Assembly: GCF_963921235.1 (NCBI RefSeq)
Contig: NC_086107.1
Location: forward strand, 99,140,001-99,204,000
Reading direction: 5' to 3'
DNA length: 64,000 nucleotides
Origin: Mobula hypostoma
Lineage: Eukaryota
Part shown: piece after piece, positions 38,795-51,778 of the stretch
How positions within the stretch are numbered: position 1 is the stretch's first letter
Layout: each line of letters opens with the position of its first letter
Position numbers and translations under genes: made by a program
Notes under the pieces: generated by a model
The model's input: only the letters and a program-made list of their open reading frames with translations
Told to the model about the DNA's origin: nothing
The model's database searches: none

Positions 38795-40703
38795 AAAGGT
38801 TCAAAAAACTAGGTAATGATAGAGATCTAGAAGATTATAAGGCTAGCAGGAAGGAGCTTAAAGATGAAATTAGGAGAGCCACGAAGGGGCCTCGGCAGAC
38901 AGGATTAAGGAAAACCCCAAGGCATTCTACAAGTATGTGAAGAGCAGGAGGATAAGACGTGAGAGAATAGGACCAATCATGCGCGACAGTGGAAAAGTGT
39001 GTATGGAACCGGAGGAGATGGCAGAGGTACTTAATGAATACTTTGCTTCAGTATTCACTATGGAAAAGGATCTTGACGATTGTAGGGCTGACTTGCAGCA
39101 GACTGAAAAGCTTGAGCATGTAGATATTAAGAAAGAGGATGTGGTGGCACTTTTGGAAAGCATCAAGTTGGATAAGTCACCAGGACCAGACGGGATGTAT
39201 CCCAGGCTACTAGCGATTATCTTTGCATCATCAATGATGACGGGGGAGATTCCGGAGGATGGGAGGGTTGTGGATGTTGTTCCCTTATTCAAGAAAGGGA
39301 GTAGGGATAGCCCAGGAAATTATAGACCAGTGAGTCTTACTTCAGTGGTTGGTAAGTTGATGGGGAAGATCCTGAGAGGCAGGATTTATGAGCATTTGGA
39401 GAGGCATAATATGATTACACATAGTCAGCATGGCTTTGTGAAAGGCAGGTCGTGCCTTACGAGCCTCATTGAATATCTTGAGGATGTGACTAAACACACG
39501 ATGGAGGTAGAGCAGTAGATGTAGTGTATATGGATTTCAGCAAGGCATTTGATAAGGTTCCCCATGCAAGACTTATTGAGAAAGTAAGGAGGCATGGCGT
39601 CCAAGGGGACATTGCTTTGTGGATCCAGAACTGGCTTGCCCACATAAGGCAAAGAGTGGTTGTAGATGGGTCATATTCTGCATGGAGGTCAGTGACCAGT
39701 GGTGTGCCTCAGGGATCTGTTCTGGGACCCTTACTCTTTGTGATTTTTATAAATGACCTGGATGAGGAAGTGGAGGGATGGGTCAGTAAATTTGCCGATG
39801 ACAAAAAGGTTGGGGGTGTTGTGGATAGTGTGAAGGGCTGTCAGAGGTTACAGCGGGACATTGATATGATACAAAACTGGGCTGAGAACTGGCAAATGGA
39901 GGTTAACCCAGATAAGTGAGAGGTGGTTCATTTTGGTAGGTCAAATATGATGGCAGAATATAGTTTAATGGCAAGACTTTTGGCAGTGTGGAGGATCAGA
40001 GGGATCTTAGGGTCCTAGTCCATAGGAAATTCAAAGTTGCTATGCAAGTTGACTCTGTGGTTAAGAAGGCATACGGTGCATTGGCCTTCATCAATCATAG
40101 GATTGAGTTTAAGAGCTGAGAGGTAATGTTGCAGCTATATAGGACCCTGGTCAGACCCCACTTGGAGTACTATGCTAAATTCTGGTCGCCTCGCTACAGG
40201 AAGGACATGGAAACCATATAAAGGGTGTGGAGGAGATTTACAAGGATGTTGCCTGGATTGGGGAGCACGCCTTATGAGAATAGGCTGAGTGAACTCGGCC
40301 TTTTCTCCTTGGAGCGATGGAGGATGAGAGGTGACCTGATCGAGGTGTACAAGATAATGAGAGGCATTGATTGCGTGGATAGTCAGAGGCTTTTCCCCAG
40401 GGCTGAAATGGCTAGCACGAGAGGGCACAGTTCTAAAGTACTTGGAAGAGGTACAGAGAAGGTGTCAGGGGTAAGTTTTTTATGCAGAGAGTGGTGAGTG
40501 TTTGGAATGGGCTGCCGGCGACGGTGGTGGAGGCAGAAACAATAGAGTCTTTTAAGAGACTCCTGGATAGGTACATGGAGCTTAGTAAAATAGAGGGCTA
40601 TGGGTAAGCCTAGGTAGTTCTAAGGTAAGGACATGTTCGGCACAGCTTTGTGGGCCGAAGGGCCTGTATTGTGCTGTAGGTTTTCTGTGTTTCTGTGTTT
40701 CTA
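38795..40703 (+). mobile_element. CR1/HER1-like LINE, 1.9-kb 5'-truncated copy with stops and frameshifts
   Basis: [65 protein letters not shown] tail; splits an element at 38722-38794 and 40704-40905. Confidence 0.95.
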
Positions 40704-40918
40704 CAGGCAGCCGTAAAACAAAGAACCCAAAGGAATCCATTAAAAATAAGACTGACGAGCGCCCAACGTGCAGAGAGAGAGAAAACAAAACACACACATA
40801 AATCGTGCAAACAGTAAAGCAAGCAATGGAATTCAGAAAAGTGTGTCCATAAACACGAAGCCCAGAGCTGTCGGAGCGGGCCCACAGCCTCAGTGTAGTG
40901 AAGAACATCAAGAACAGA

Positions 40919-41022
40919 TCAGAGACTGGGATCCCGCATTGACTGGCTCACGCTCAGAGACTGGGATCCCACATTGACTGGCTCAGGGTCTGGGAACGGG
41001 ATCCTGCATTGACTGGCTCAGC
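40919..41022. repeat. Three ~35-40-bp tandem units with GGGATCC.CATTGACTGGCTCA core
   Basis: Directly visible; a fourth diverged unit near 41108-41142. Confidence 0.8.
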
Positions 41023-41633
41023 CCACGGCACTCCTGGGTCTTCCCGCGCCATTGGTATCCTGGGGATGACTGACCTCAAACTCCACAGGGCGAGAGACAA
41101 GGGAAGGTCAGAAACTGGGGATCCTGCAGCGATCGGCTCAGCCTGTGACATCACAGTGCCTTCCCACGGTCACTGGGTACATGGGTGGGCGCGTGTGTGG
41201 GATTCCTCTTCGAGCACATTACCCCTTAACCCTTTGGTTCCGTTTGGTATCTCCCTGCAGCCGAGATCTTCCTCCCTCACTGCTGCTGTTGCTCAGTTGC
41301 ACGTTCACTGTACAATGAGCAGTGTTACAGCCGGACATCGACTAAGTGATGATCGGTTTGTTATTGCCCCTTGCACCGAGATACGGTGAACTTTGTTTTG
41401 CACATCACCCATACTGACCATGCCAAGCACAACTATATTGAGATAGTACAAAGGGAAACACTTTACTAGAACGCTGAATCTTGTGTTGTGATTACACTTA
41501 TGGAGGAATTGCAATGCAGGTGGACCAATAGGAAGCAAAGGCCATAATGAAAGGTCAAGAGTTCATCTTCTTCTTACAAGAGGTCTGTTCGAGAGTCTCA
41601 TAAGGGTTGATGAACTAAAAGTGAGACTGACCT

Positions 41634-41908
41634 ACCAAAGGGAATTGAGGGACTGCTATGCACTCTGTCTCACCGAGATATGGCTTACACCAAAGGGAAT
41701 TGAGGGACTGCTATGCACTCTGTCTCACCGAGATGTGGCTTACACCAAAGGGAATTGAGGGACTGCTATGCACTCTGTCTCACCGAGATGTGGCTTACAC
41801 CAAAGGGAATTGAGGGACTGCTATGCACTCTGTCTCACCGAGATGTGGCTTACACCAAAGGGAATTGAGGGACTGCTATGCACTCTGTTTCACTGAGATG
41901 TGGCATAC
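41634..41908. repeat. 55-bp minisatellite, 5 units
   Basis: Units start at 41634, 41689, 41744, 41799 and 41854; no spacers. Confidence 0.97.
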
Positions 41909-43206
41909 ACCAGCTCCACCTGACTGTGCCTTTCAACCTGACGATGGACTGTATGGTGTCCTCGGACAAAGCAAGAGGTGGAGAGGGTCTGCTTCCTAAT
42001 CAACTCTTTGAGGTGCTTGGATGCGACGGTCCTAGTGAGTTCCTGTTTACCCGACTTGGAATATCTGATGGTGACCTGCCGTCCGTACCACCTGCCTTGG
42101 GCGTTCGCTTCAGCTATCCTGATGGTAGTCTACAATACATCCCGTCCCAGGCAGACTGCAATCAGTGAACTATACTCAGTGGCCAACAGCCTTGATATGG
42201 GGCAATCTGAAGCCTTGTACATCATTGCTGGTGACTTCCTCCAGGCCAACTTCAAGTGTGCGTTACCAAAAAACTACCAGCATGTCTCCTGTCCCACCAG
42301 GGGCCCAAACACCCCTGGCCATTGCTACCCAACCGTCAAAGATGCCTACCAAGCCACCCCCACCTTGGTAAATCAGACTACCAGGCTGTTCTCCTTCTTC
42401 CTGCATACAAACAAGCTGAAATGGGAGTATCCAGTACAGAAAGCCATACAGTGCTGGTGTGAGGAAACAAGTGAGCTTCTATGTGACTGCTTTGAGTCAG
42501 TAGGCTGGTCTAATGTTCAAAACCTCAGCCAACCTAGATAAGAACTTTATCATGGTCTGGAACTTTATCAAGAAATAAGTGTAGTAAATAAGTCAATCCG
42601 AGTATTTTCAAATTGGAAAACATGAATAAACTGGGAGATCTTCATTAAAAGTTCATTAGGAGTTTGAGGAGATTTGGTATGTCATCAAAGATTCTAGCAA
42701 ATTTCTACAGATGAACCTGTAGATCTGTAGAATATTCGAACTGGTTGCAACACCATCTGGGATGGATGTGTCAATGCACAGGATTGGAAGAAGTTGCAGA
42801 GGTTTCTAGACTCATCTATCTCCATCACGGGCACTAGCCTCTCCACCATAGAGATCATCTTCAAAGGAAGGTCCCTAAAGAAGGTGGCATCCATCATGAA
42901 GGACATTACCATCCAGATATGGCCTGTTCTAATAACTACCAATAGGAAAAGGTACAGGAGCCTCAAGATACACGCTCAATGTTTTAAGAACACCTTCTTC
43001 CTTTCTGCCTACAGATTTTTAAACAGATAATGAACCTACCTCACTATTTTGCTCTTTCTGAACTATTTTTTATATATTTTCATTGTAACTTATAGTAATT
43101 TTTATGTACTGCGCTGTCCTGCTGCAACAGCATGACAAATTTTGTGACATGTCTCACTGAAGTCCAGGACTACAGCTTTCAGATCAGGTTCCCTGACCTA
43201 TACAAG

Positions 43207-43784
43207 TGTAACTCTCGCTTTGGCTAGCAGCTTAATACAGGGGGTGATAGCCCCCGTTGCCCGGCCAAACTTAAGAAATCTCATTTGGGTGGATGCTGCG
43301 CGATGTGTCCCCTGTTACAAATCAATATTCCGAAATAACAAAGTACATAATATGTGATTAAACGATTGAGCTTTATAATTCTTAATTTGACTATATTGTT
43401 AGTAAAGAAAACAAAAAAAAGAAAAAGGGCCCATTCTCATGAGACAGTCTGTTGCGCAATGTTGGAGCTCACTGATAAGGCCGTTCGTCCACCGTCGACC
43501 TCCGATCGTCACTGACCTTCGGACCCTCGCTCCAAGTCCACCCCGTCCGAGGTCTACCAACTCCCTCTATTCGTGTCTTCTCTCCTCATCTCTCCTCGGC
43601 AAAAGACCGCGAATTCCCGGCTCCCAGACACACAAGAAAGAACAACATCCCGCTCATTGGCCAGCGTGCTCCACTATCTCTAGTCATAACCCAAACATTG
43701 CTGCTACAGAGAAACCATTACCTCAGCAGTGGAACATTACAAAGAAGCCATTATATTAGCAGTGAAACCTTACAGCGTGTTACA
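43207..43784. mobile_element. Solo LTR (578 bp)
   Basis: TGTAAC...GTTACA termini and perfect 4-bp TSD CAAG; inserted in Rex1 coding remnant. Confidence 0.9.
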
Positions 43785-46013
43785 CAAGAAATTGAGATAA
43801 CAGCTCCCACAAGGCTCCCAGGGATGCCAAGGAACAACAGCAGTACAAAATTAAGTCCCAGACCAGCTCTCAATTGTGGCAAGGCTTACACACTGTAACA
43901 CAAATGCAGGCAGTATTGCCGACAACAGTGCATTCCGTCCTGATGAGCTCAATGCAGTCTAGCATGTTTTGAACATCTACAGTCGCCGTTGCAGACATGA
44001 GATCAGTCTTCCTGAGTGAACGCAAGGAAAGCATCTGGCCCAGATGATGCTGCCGGTCGGGTCTTTAGATCCTGCACACATCAGCTGGTGGGGATACTTG
44101 CAGATATTTCTAACCTCCCCCTACTTCAATCTGAGGCTTCTACCTAATTTAAGGAAACCACTATCATCCTGGTAACTAAGAAAAATGAAGTAACATCTTA
44201 ATGACTACCACCCAATGATTCTAGCATCATCCATCATGGTGTGCTTCACAGGGCTGGTCATGGCATGTGTCACCTCCAGCCTCCCAGACAACATTGACCC
44301 ACTGCAATTCACCTCCTGCCAAAATGGGTCTATGACAGACACCATCTTCCTGGCCCTACATTCATCTCTGGAGCATCTGGACAGTAAAGATGCCTACATC
44401 AGACTCTCATATATCGACTTTAGCTCTCTCTTCAATACTATTATTCCATAAAATATAGGAGCAGAATTTAGACCATTTGGCCTGTCAAGTCTGCTCCATC
44501 ATTTCATCATGGCTGATCCAATTTTCCTCTCAGCCCCAATCTCTCCTCATCCCTTCATGCCCTGACCAATCAAGAATCTATCAACCTCTACCTTAAATAT
44601 ACATGAAGACTTGGCCTTCACAGCAGCCTGTGGCAAAGAATTCCACAGATTCACCATTCTATGGCTAAAGAAATTCCTCCTCATCTCCATTCTAATAGGA
44701 CGTCCCTCTATTCTGAGCAAACCCGTCTCCAAACTCCTAGACCTGATGCTCAGCGTCTCCTCCTGCAACTGGATCCTTGACTTCCTAACGTACAGACCGC
44801 AATCAGTAAGGATTGGCAGGCACGTCAGAGGGTGGTATACCCGTGGAGCTCATTGCCATGGGCAGCTGTGCGGGCTAAGTCATCCTGTTTATTTAAAGCG
44901 GAGGTTGATAGGTTCTTGATTAGTCAGGGTGTCAAAGGTTACGGGGAGAAGGCAGGAGAATAGGGTTGAGACGGATAATAAATCAGCCATCATGGAATGA
45001 TGGGGCAGAGTCGATGGGCAGAATGGCCTAATTCTGCTCCTTTCTCTTATGGTCTTATGGACTAACACCTCCACCACAATAAACCTCAACAAGGCTGTGC
45101 CCTCAGCTCCCTGCTTCACTTCCTATACACTCCCAACCCAAGTGGTCAGACTCTGGTTTAACTCCAGCTACATGTTCACAGCTGACACCTCTGAATTTCG
45201 AATAGCAATGAGTCAGAGTCCAGGAAGGAGACGGAGAGCCTCGTGACACGGTGTCATGACAACAACCCTTCCCTCAATGTCAACATAAGAGCTGGTCACT
45301 GACTTCAGGAAGGGGGCAGTGCCCGTGCTGAAGTTGAGAGGGATGTCTAAGATGTAAACATCACTAAGATGTAAGCCTGTCCTAGTCCAATCACGATGAT
45401 GCCACACCAGCGCCTCTAGTTGAGGCCAAGGAAGTTCGGCAGGTCCTGCTGACCTTCACCAATTTTTATCGATGCACCATAGAAAGCAAAGTATTTAGCT
45501 CGGTTAGGCAACTGCTCTGTACACGACAACAAGAAGCTACAGGGAGTGTGGAGACAGCCCACCGCGTCTCAGGAAATACCCTCCCCACCATGGACTCTGT
45601 CTACACTTCTCCCTGACTCAGTAAAGCTGGCAGGATAATCAAAGACCCCACCCACGCACTGGACAGTCTCTCTTCTCCCCCCCCACTATAGGGTAGAGAT
45701 ACAAAAGCCTGGAAGCACAGACCACCAGGCTCACAGATAGCATCTGTCCAGTGTTACAAGATTATTGACTGGACCTCTTGTCCAATAGGATAGTCTGTTG
45801 ACCTCACATTCTATCTCACCATGGCCTTGGCACCTTATTGTCTGCCTGCACTGAGCTCTCTCTGTCACTGTTACACTTCATTCTGCATTCTGTTCTTCTT
45901 CTCTCTTGCATCGCCGTGATGTAATGATGTGAAGAATGTGAAGTACTGGGTGACCTGCAGGACAAAGTTTTTCACTAACAAGAGGAAATCTGCAGAGGCT
46001 GGAAATCCAAAGC

Positions 46014-46045
<32 letters not shown>

Positions 46046-46519
46046 GGTGCTGGAGGAACGCAGCAGGCCAGGCAGCATCTATGGAAAAGAGTAAACAGTC
46101 GACGTCTCGGGCAGAGACCCTTCAACAGGACTGTAGCTCGGTACACGTCACAATAATAGACCAATTTTCTGATTTACAGCGCGATAGAAGCTGTCCTGGC
46201 TGGAGGTCTGCACTTTCGGGCGTCCCTGCCTGATGGGAGAGAGAAGAGAGGATGGCCAGTGTGTGGCTTGGGTCTTCGATAATGCTGGCTGCTTTCCTGA
46301 GGCAGCAAGGTGGAGACAGAGTCTATGGAGGGGAGGGTAGCTCCTGTGACGTGCTGAGCTGTGCCTCTTGTGGTCATGGGCAAAGCAGTTGCCCTACCAA
46401 GCTGTGATGCATCTGGTGCATCAATAGAAATCGATGAGGATCATCGGGATCCTCGTCTTCTGAAGAAGCAGAGGCGCTGCTGAGCTTTCAGGCAAAGGCC
46501 CCGTGCGCGCAGGGACGAG

Positions 46520-47400
46520 AAACACAAAATGCTGGAAGCCCTCAGCAGGTCAGGCAGCGTCCTGGGGAAGGGAACAGAGTCGACGCTTCATCAGAACTGG
46601 GGGAATGAGCTACCAAGCTGCTGGGGAAGGGGGAGGGGAGGGGTGAAGAGGACAGAGGAAATATCTCTGATAGGACGCAGACCCAAGTTGTCAAGGTAAC
46701 AAATGACTTTAAGTGAATGGTAGTTGGAGACAGATTAGAGAAAAGCCCTGAATTGAAACAGAAAGGCTCAGCTGTATCTGTCTGAGAGAAGGGCTGGCCA
46801 GCTGAAATTGTTGGATATCGAATCCTGGTGACTGCAGCGTGCCCAGATGCTGTTGCCTGAGGTTACACTGACTTTCGCTGGAGCAACATAAGAGACTGGA
46901 GGAGGGAAGGTCAAAGTGAGAGTGGAACGGAGAATTAAAGGGGCAGGCAACTGGAAGCTCAGGTACATCTCCACAGACTGAAGTCTGTCCGCTGCAGAGG
47001 ACTCACTCCAACTGCCTGTGGTTTGTCCCGTGGAGAGGTCGCAGTGTGAAGACAAAATGAAACAGACTCACCTGGAGGAAGTTCAAGTGAATCCCGGCTT
47101 CACCTGGCAGGACTGTTCGGGTCTGTGGTCGGCGGGAAGGGAAGAGGGGAAAGACTAGATGCTGCAGCCTCCATGGCCACGTTGGGAAGTTTGGTGGGAA
47201 GGTGGAGATGGAGAAATGAACCAGCGAGTTGGAGAGGGAACGTGGAAAAGAGGGAGGGGAGGAAGTGTCAGATCAATAGCAGAACTTGTAGAGGGTGATG
47301 AGGAGAAAGGTGCAAGAGAATGGGGAAATCCTTCCTTGCTCTTGTGGAGTGGGAGTGAAAGCAGAGCTAAAGCAAATGGAGGTAATGCAGTTGAGGTAAA
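46520..47400 (-). mobile_element. Old Penelope-like fragment
   Basis: Terminal repeat at 46520-46600 plus decayed sequence resembling 4250-5000. Confidence 0.55.
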
Positions 47401-47621
47401 GGAGCAGTCAATGTTCCGGGCTGAAAACTGATGATGTCTCGGCCCAAAACGTCGACTGTTCACTTCCTTCTGTCGACCGACATGCTGAGCTCCTCCAGTA
47501 TTTTGTGTGTGTGCGTGTCGCTGAAGGTTTTCAGCATCTGTCGATCTCTTGTGTCTCTGTGATGCTGTTGAGAGACCTGGCATCTCAAGTAGAGAGAAAA
47601 GGGAAGTCAGATTAAAGGGAA

Positions 47622-47862
47622 CACAAGAAAATCTGAGGATGCTGATAATCCAAAGCAACACACAAAATGCTGGAGAGACACAGCAGGCCAGGCAGCATGA
47701 ATGGAAACGAATAAACAGTCGGCGTATCCGGCCGACACTCTTCGTCAGGACCCTTCATCTGTGCTGAAGAAGGGTCTCGGCCCGAAGTGTCAACAGCCGA
47801 CTCTTTTCCAGAGATGCTGCCTGGCCTGCTGAGTTCCTCCAGTATTTTGTGTGTGTTGCCTC
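47622..47862. repeat. Head-to-head pair of Penelope-derived terminal repeats (imperfect palindrome)
   Basis: CACACAAAATGCTGGAG...GCAGC facing GCTGCC...CTCCAGTATTTTGTGTG. Confidence 0.8.
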
Positions 47863-48145
47863 GGTTTAAAGGCACTGATTTGGAAAGTCAACACAAGATA
47901 TGATGGAGACAGAGCAACCAGGTAGAATCACAGTTCTTGCAGTCAACAGGGTGAAAATAGGTATTGGCATTGTTTTTTTATTATTTTCATGTGTACCAAG
48001 ATATACTGAAAAACTCTGGGTGCCATCCATGAGACCATAAGAGCAGAATTATGCCATTTGGTCCATCAAATCTGTTCTGCCATTCCATCAGGTTGAAGTA
48101 TTATCCCCCTCATCCCCATTCTCCTGCTCTTTCCCCATAACCTTT

Positions 48146-48950
48146 GGAGAATGTGTGGTCCAGATAGCTGTGGGATAGGGCTGTGTTGGAAAAAGTGTGG
48201 TCAGGATATCTGTGGGATAGAGGCTGTGTTGGAGAAGGTGTGGTCAGGATATCTGTGGGATAGGGGTTGGCTTGTCACGGATATCAGTAGCTAACACATC
48301 CCCTGAGATGGGGATAGGATGTTCAGAAAGAGAAGGGAAGAATCAGACGTGGACCATGTGAGAGTATGAGAACGCTGGAGGAAAGCAGCAGAGGTGATGA
48401 AATGTTCAAGTTGTGTATGGGTGTGGGAAGCAGCCCTGATACAGTCATCAGTGTAGCAGGGGAAGGCCTGAGGGTGGGGGGTTGCTGAGCAGGCCTATCA
48501 CTGGGATTGTTTTACATATCCAGTGAAGAGACAGACAACTTGGAGCTGCGGGAGTTCCCAGAACTCTGCTTTGGACACAGTGAGTGGGATGAACGTAGGA
48601 ACAGTTCAGTGTGGGATTGAGCTTGGCTGGGCGAGAGGGATTGGTGGTGGAAGCAAAACCGGTTGGTCATCTGCTGGAGGAAGAGGTGGAGGTCTCCCAG
48701 ACCCTCCTGGTCTGGGACGAAGGTGTAATGGTTTGGGCACCCGTGTGAAAACCAGCCGGATGAGATCAGAATACTGGAAAGTGTCAAAGTGGAGGATGGT
48801 ATCAAAGGTGGCAGGGGTTTAAGTGGGATGGAATTGGACGAGGAGAAAAAGGATGGTGTCAAGATAGGAAGACAGAGTGTTGAAAGGCAAGAGCAGACTG
48901 AAACCCTACCCGTGGACCCTGGGGGGGAAGCAGGTGCGGGTTGCACGGCG
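48146..48950 (-). mobile_element. Decayed Penelope-like RT fragment, with 3 x ~42-bp tandem repeat at 48146-48265
   Basis: Minus strand TACACTGATGACTGTATC (YTDDCI, YxDD-like) near 48437-48455. Confidence 0.55.
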
Positions 48951-50914
48951 TTGATCCCCTGAGATCAGTGACTGTCCGATGTGCAGTGATGGGCTCACCG
49001 TCCTCTGGAGGCTTGAGGAGGTGGCTGAGGGACGACTCTTTACCTCCATCATGTAATGTGGAGCATTCCATGTCTCTGGGCCAGCTCTCGACGGAGATCA
49101 GAAGGACGAGTGGAGATCTGATCGAAACACACTGAATACTGAACGGCCTGGATGAAGTGAATTCAGAAAGGATGCTTCCATTAGGATGAGAGTAAAGTGA
49201 CACCCCTTAAAACTGAGGTGAGCAGCAATCCCTCCAGCCAGAGGGTGGTGAATCTGTGGAATTTGTTGCCACGGAGAACAGTGGAGGCCAAGTCATTGAT
49301 TTGAGGCAGAGATTAACAGGTTCTTGATTAGAAATGGAGTTAAGAACATAGAACAGTACAGTACAGCAACAGGCCATTCAGCCCACAGTGTCGTGCTAAA
49401 AAGCAAATTAAAAAAACCTGAACACCAATCCCTCCTACCTACACAATGTCCATATCCCTCCATCTTCCTTATATCCATGTGCTCATCCAAACATCACATA
49501 AAAGCCTCTAACGTATTTGCCTCTTCCACTGTACCAGGCAGCACATTCCAGGCATCCACCACTCTCTGAGTAAAACACTTACCCCTCACGTCCCCCTCGA
49601 ACCTACCCCCTCTCACCTTCAATGCATGCCCTCTGGTATTAGACATTTCAACCCTGGGAAACAGATACTCCCTGTCTACTCAATCTATGCCTCTCACAAT
49701 CTTATAAACTTCTATCAGATCTCCCCTCAGCCTCCGACACTCCAGAGAAAACAACCCAAGTTTGTCCAGCACGTGCCCTCTAAACCAGGCAGCATCTCAG
49801 TAAACCTCTTCTGCACCCTCTCCAAAGCCTCAACATCTTCCCTCTAGTGGGGTGACCAGAACTGTACACAATACTCCAGATGTGGCCACACCAGAGTTCT
49901 ATAAAGTTGTTACATAACCAGGGCTACCATAAGACCATACGGAGAGAAAGCAGGAGAGTGGGATTGGGAAAAAAAATCACGGAGGAGCAGACTCGATGGG
50001 CTGAACGGACTAATCTGAGGCAGAGGACGGTACACCAAAGGGCAACAGTACCACCATGGTCAGCAGGCTGGCTGGTCCTTGGAGGGTGGGGTTGGGGAGT
50101 GTGGGGGAGGACTGTGAAAAAGCATTTGCAGTTTTTAGCGCAGACACATATATAAAGTCTGTCAGGACAGATGGTGTGTTTTATCTTTCCTCTGTCGGTT
50201 CTGCTTACAAATCAAAACTGTTGGTACATTACATGCAAGTGATGATGTCACGGTGTCTCATCAGTATTCTTAAAGCAACGTACACACATGTATAATAGAT
50301 ATTGTCAGCCAATAATATCCCCTACAGTTAAGACGATGTCATTTGTATAAGCATTAACTGGGGTTGGATTCTGTGGACCCCACGGAGCACAACCTGCCAG
50401 CCACGAGGCTATCGGTGGCCGTGGCCCGCTAAACCTTTACTTCGTGCCACCAAAGTGACCTTTCTCCAATGTGCTGCTTTCCCTGAGATCACCTGCGATT
50501 TTACTTACTTGATCAATGAGGGGCTTGTCAAGCGCTTGGTGAAAATCAATTATACTCCGTTAGATGATCCGCACTCAGTCGACATCCAGGCATGACCTCG
50601 GCTGCACCGAGTGTCTGAGGTTCACCTCTGTCTGCGGGCTCTGATTCCTGCTGTTCCTCAGGGACGTTTCCAGCCATTGCCCACCCCCCCCCAACTCCCT
50701 CAGTCTGCTCTGCACCCCGTCACCAACCTCTCAGTCCTGCAACTCAACTCCAGTCCAGCCGGCACCGGAAGATGCCTGCACACTCTTCCCTGAGTCGTAC
50801 CGCACAGAAACAGGTCCCTCAGCCCCGCTCGCCCATGCTGACTGCGATACTCAGTGAGCTGGACCCATCTGCTTCCACTTGGCCCACTGCCTTCTAAACC
50901 TCCTCTGTCCATCT

Positions 50915-51555
50915 ACTTATGGGACGGCCTCATTGGTGAGACCCTTCATAAACTGGGGGGGCAGCTTTGTCGAGGCACCTCAGCTCCATCCACCAAGAGC
51001 AGAATTTCACAGTGGCCAGACATTTTAATTCCCGTTCCCTTTCCGACATGTTGGTCCATGGCCTCTTCTTGTGCCTTGATAAGGCCACCTCAGGGTGGAG
51101 AAGCAACACCTTATATTCCTTCTGGGTACCTCCAACCTGGTGGCATGAATATCAATTTCTCCTTCTGGCAAAAAATTTCCCTGCCCCTCCCCTCTTTTTC
51201 TATTTCCCATTCTGTATTCTTACCTCTTCTCACCTGGCTATCACCCCACCCCCCGGAACCCTCCTCCTTCCCTTAATCCTATGGTCCACTGTCCTCTCCT
51301 ATCAGATTCTTTCCTCTCCAGCCTTTCACCCATCTGGCTTCACCTATCACCTTCTAGCTACCTTCTGTCCTCTCTCCCACCCTCCCTTTTCCATCTGGCG
51401 TCCTCCCCCTTCCTTCTCAGTCTTGACGAAGGGTCCCGGCAAGAAATGTCGACTGCTTATCCCTTTCCATAGATGCTACCTGACCTTCTGAGTTCCTCCG
51501 GCATTTTGTGTGTTTTGCTTTGGATTTCCAGCATCTGCAGAATTTCTTGTGTTTA
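50915..51555 (+). mobile_element. Penelope-like element 3' end (GIY-YIG C-terminus plus terminal repeat)
   Basis: LIGET...RHLSSIH...VARHFNS...MLVHGL; GYLQPGGMNINFS; followed by a degenerate hammerhead at 51418-51455. Confidence 0.8.
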
Positions 51556-51745
51556 TCATCTACTTTTCTAGCTGGCTTTTGAATATCACTAATCTGGCTA
51601 CCTCAACCACAATTTCTGGCAACTCATTCCAGATACCTACCACCCTTTGTGTGGAGAAGCTGCCCCCCGATGTCCCTTTGACCTCATATTTATGCCTTCT
51701 TGTTTTTAATCATCCCATCTCTGGGGACAAAAAGACTGCTTTTAC

Positions 51746-51778
51746 CTGAAGAAGGGTCTCAGCCCGAAACGTCGACTG
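51746..51778 (+). ncRNA. Hammerhead core motif with truncated stem I
   Basis: CUGAAGA-A-GGG(UCUCAG)CCC-GAAACGUC-GACUG; the 5' CAGUC strand is absent. Confidence 0.5.

Larger units (their letters stand above)
41600..45930 (+). mobile_element. Decayed, interrupted Rex1/Babar LINE pieces (APE endonuclease and RT)
   Basis: CLTEIWLTP, LEYLMVTCRPYHLP, IIAGDF, DPLQF, YIDFSSLFNTIIP, LSVSSCNWILDFLT; interrupted by an LTR and CR1 tails. Confidence 0.8.

Noticed and set aside
41261..41348. Plus-strand Cys-rich terminal exon (EIFLPHCCCCSV...)
   Set aside because: Good acceptor but no recognisable homology or partner exons.
41634..41908. CRISPR-like array
   Set aside because: Units are contiguous with no unique spacers and derive from LINE coding sequence; eukaryotic context.
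50440..50600. Minus-strand exon ending at a strong GTAAGT donor (50508)
   Set aside because: Stops in all frames; IDFHQALDKP resembles a decayed CR1 RT DFxKAFDKV motif.
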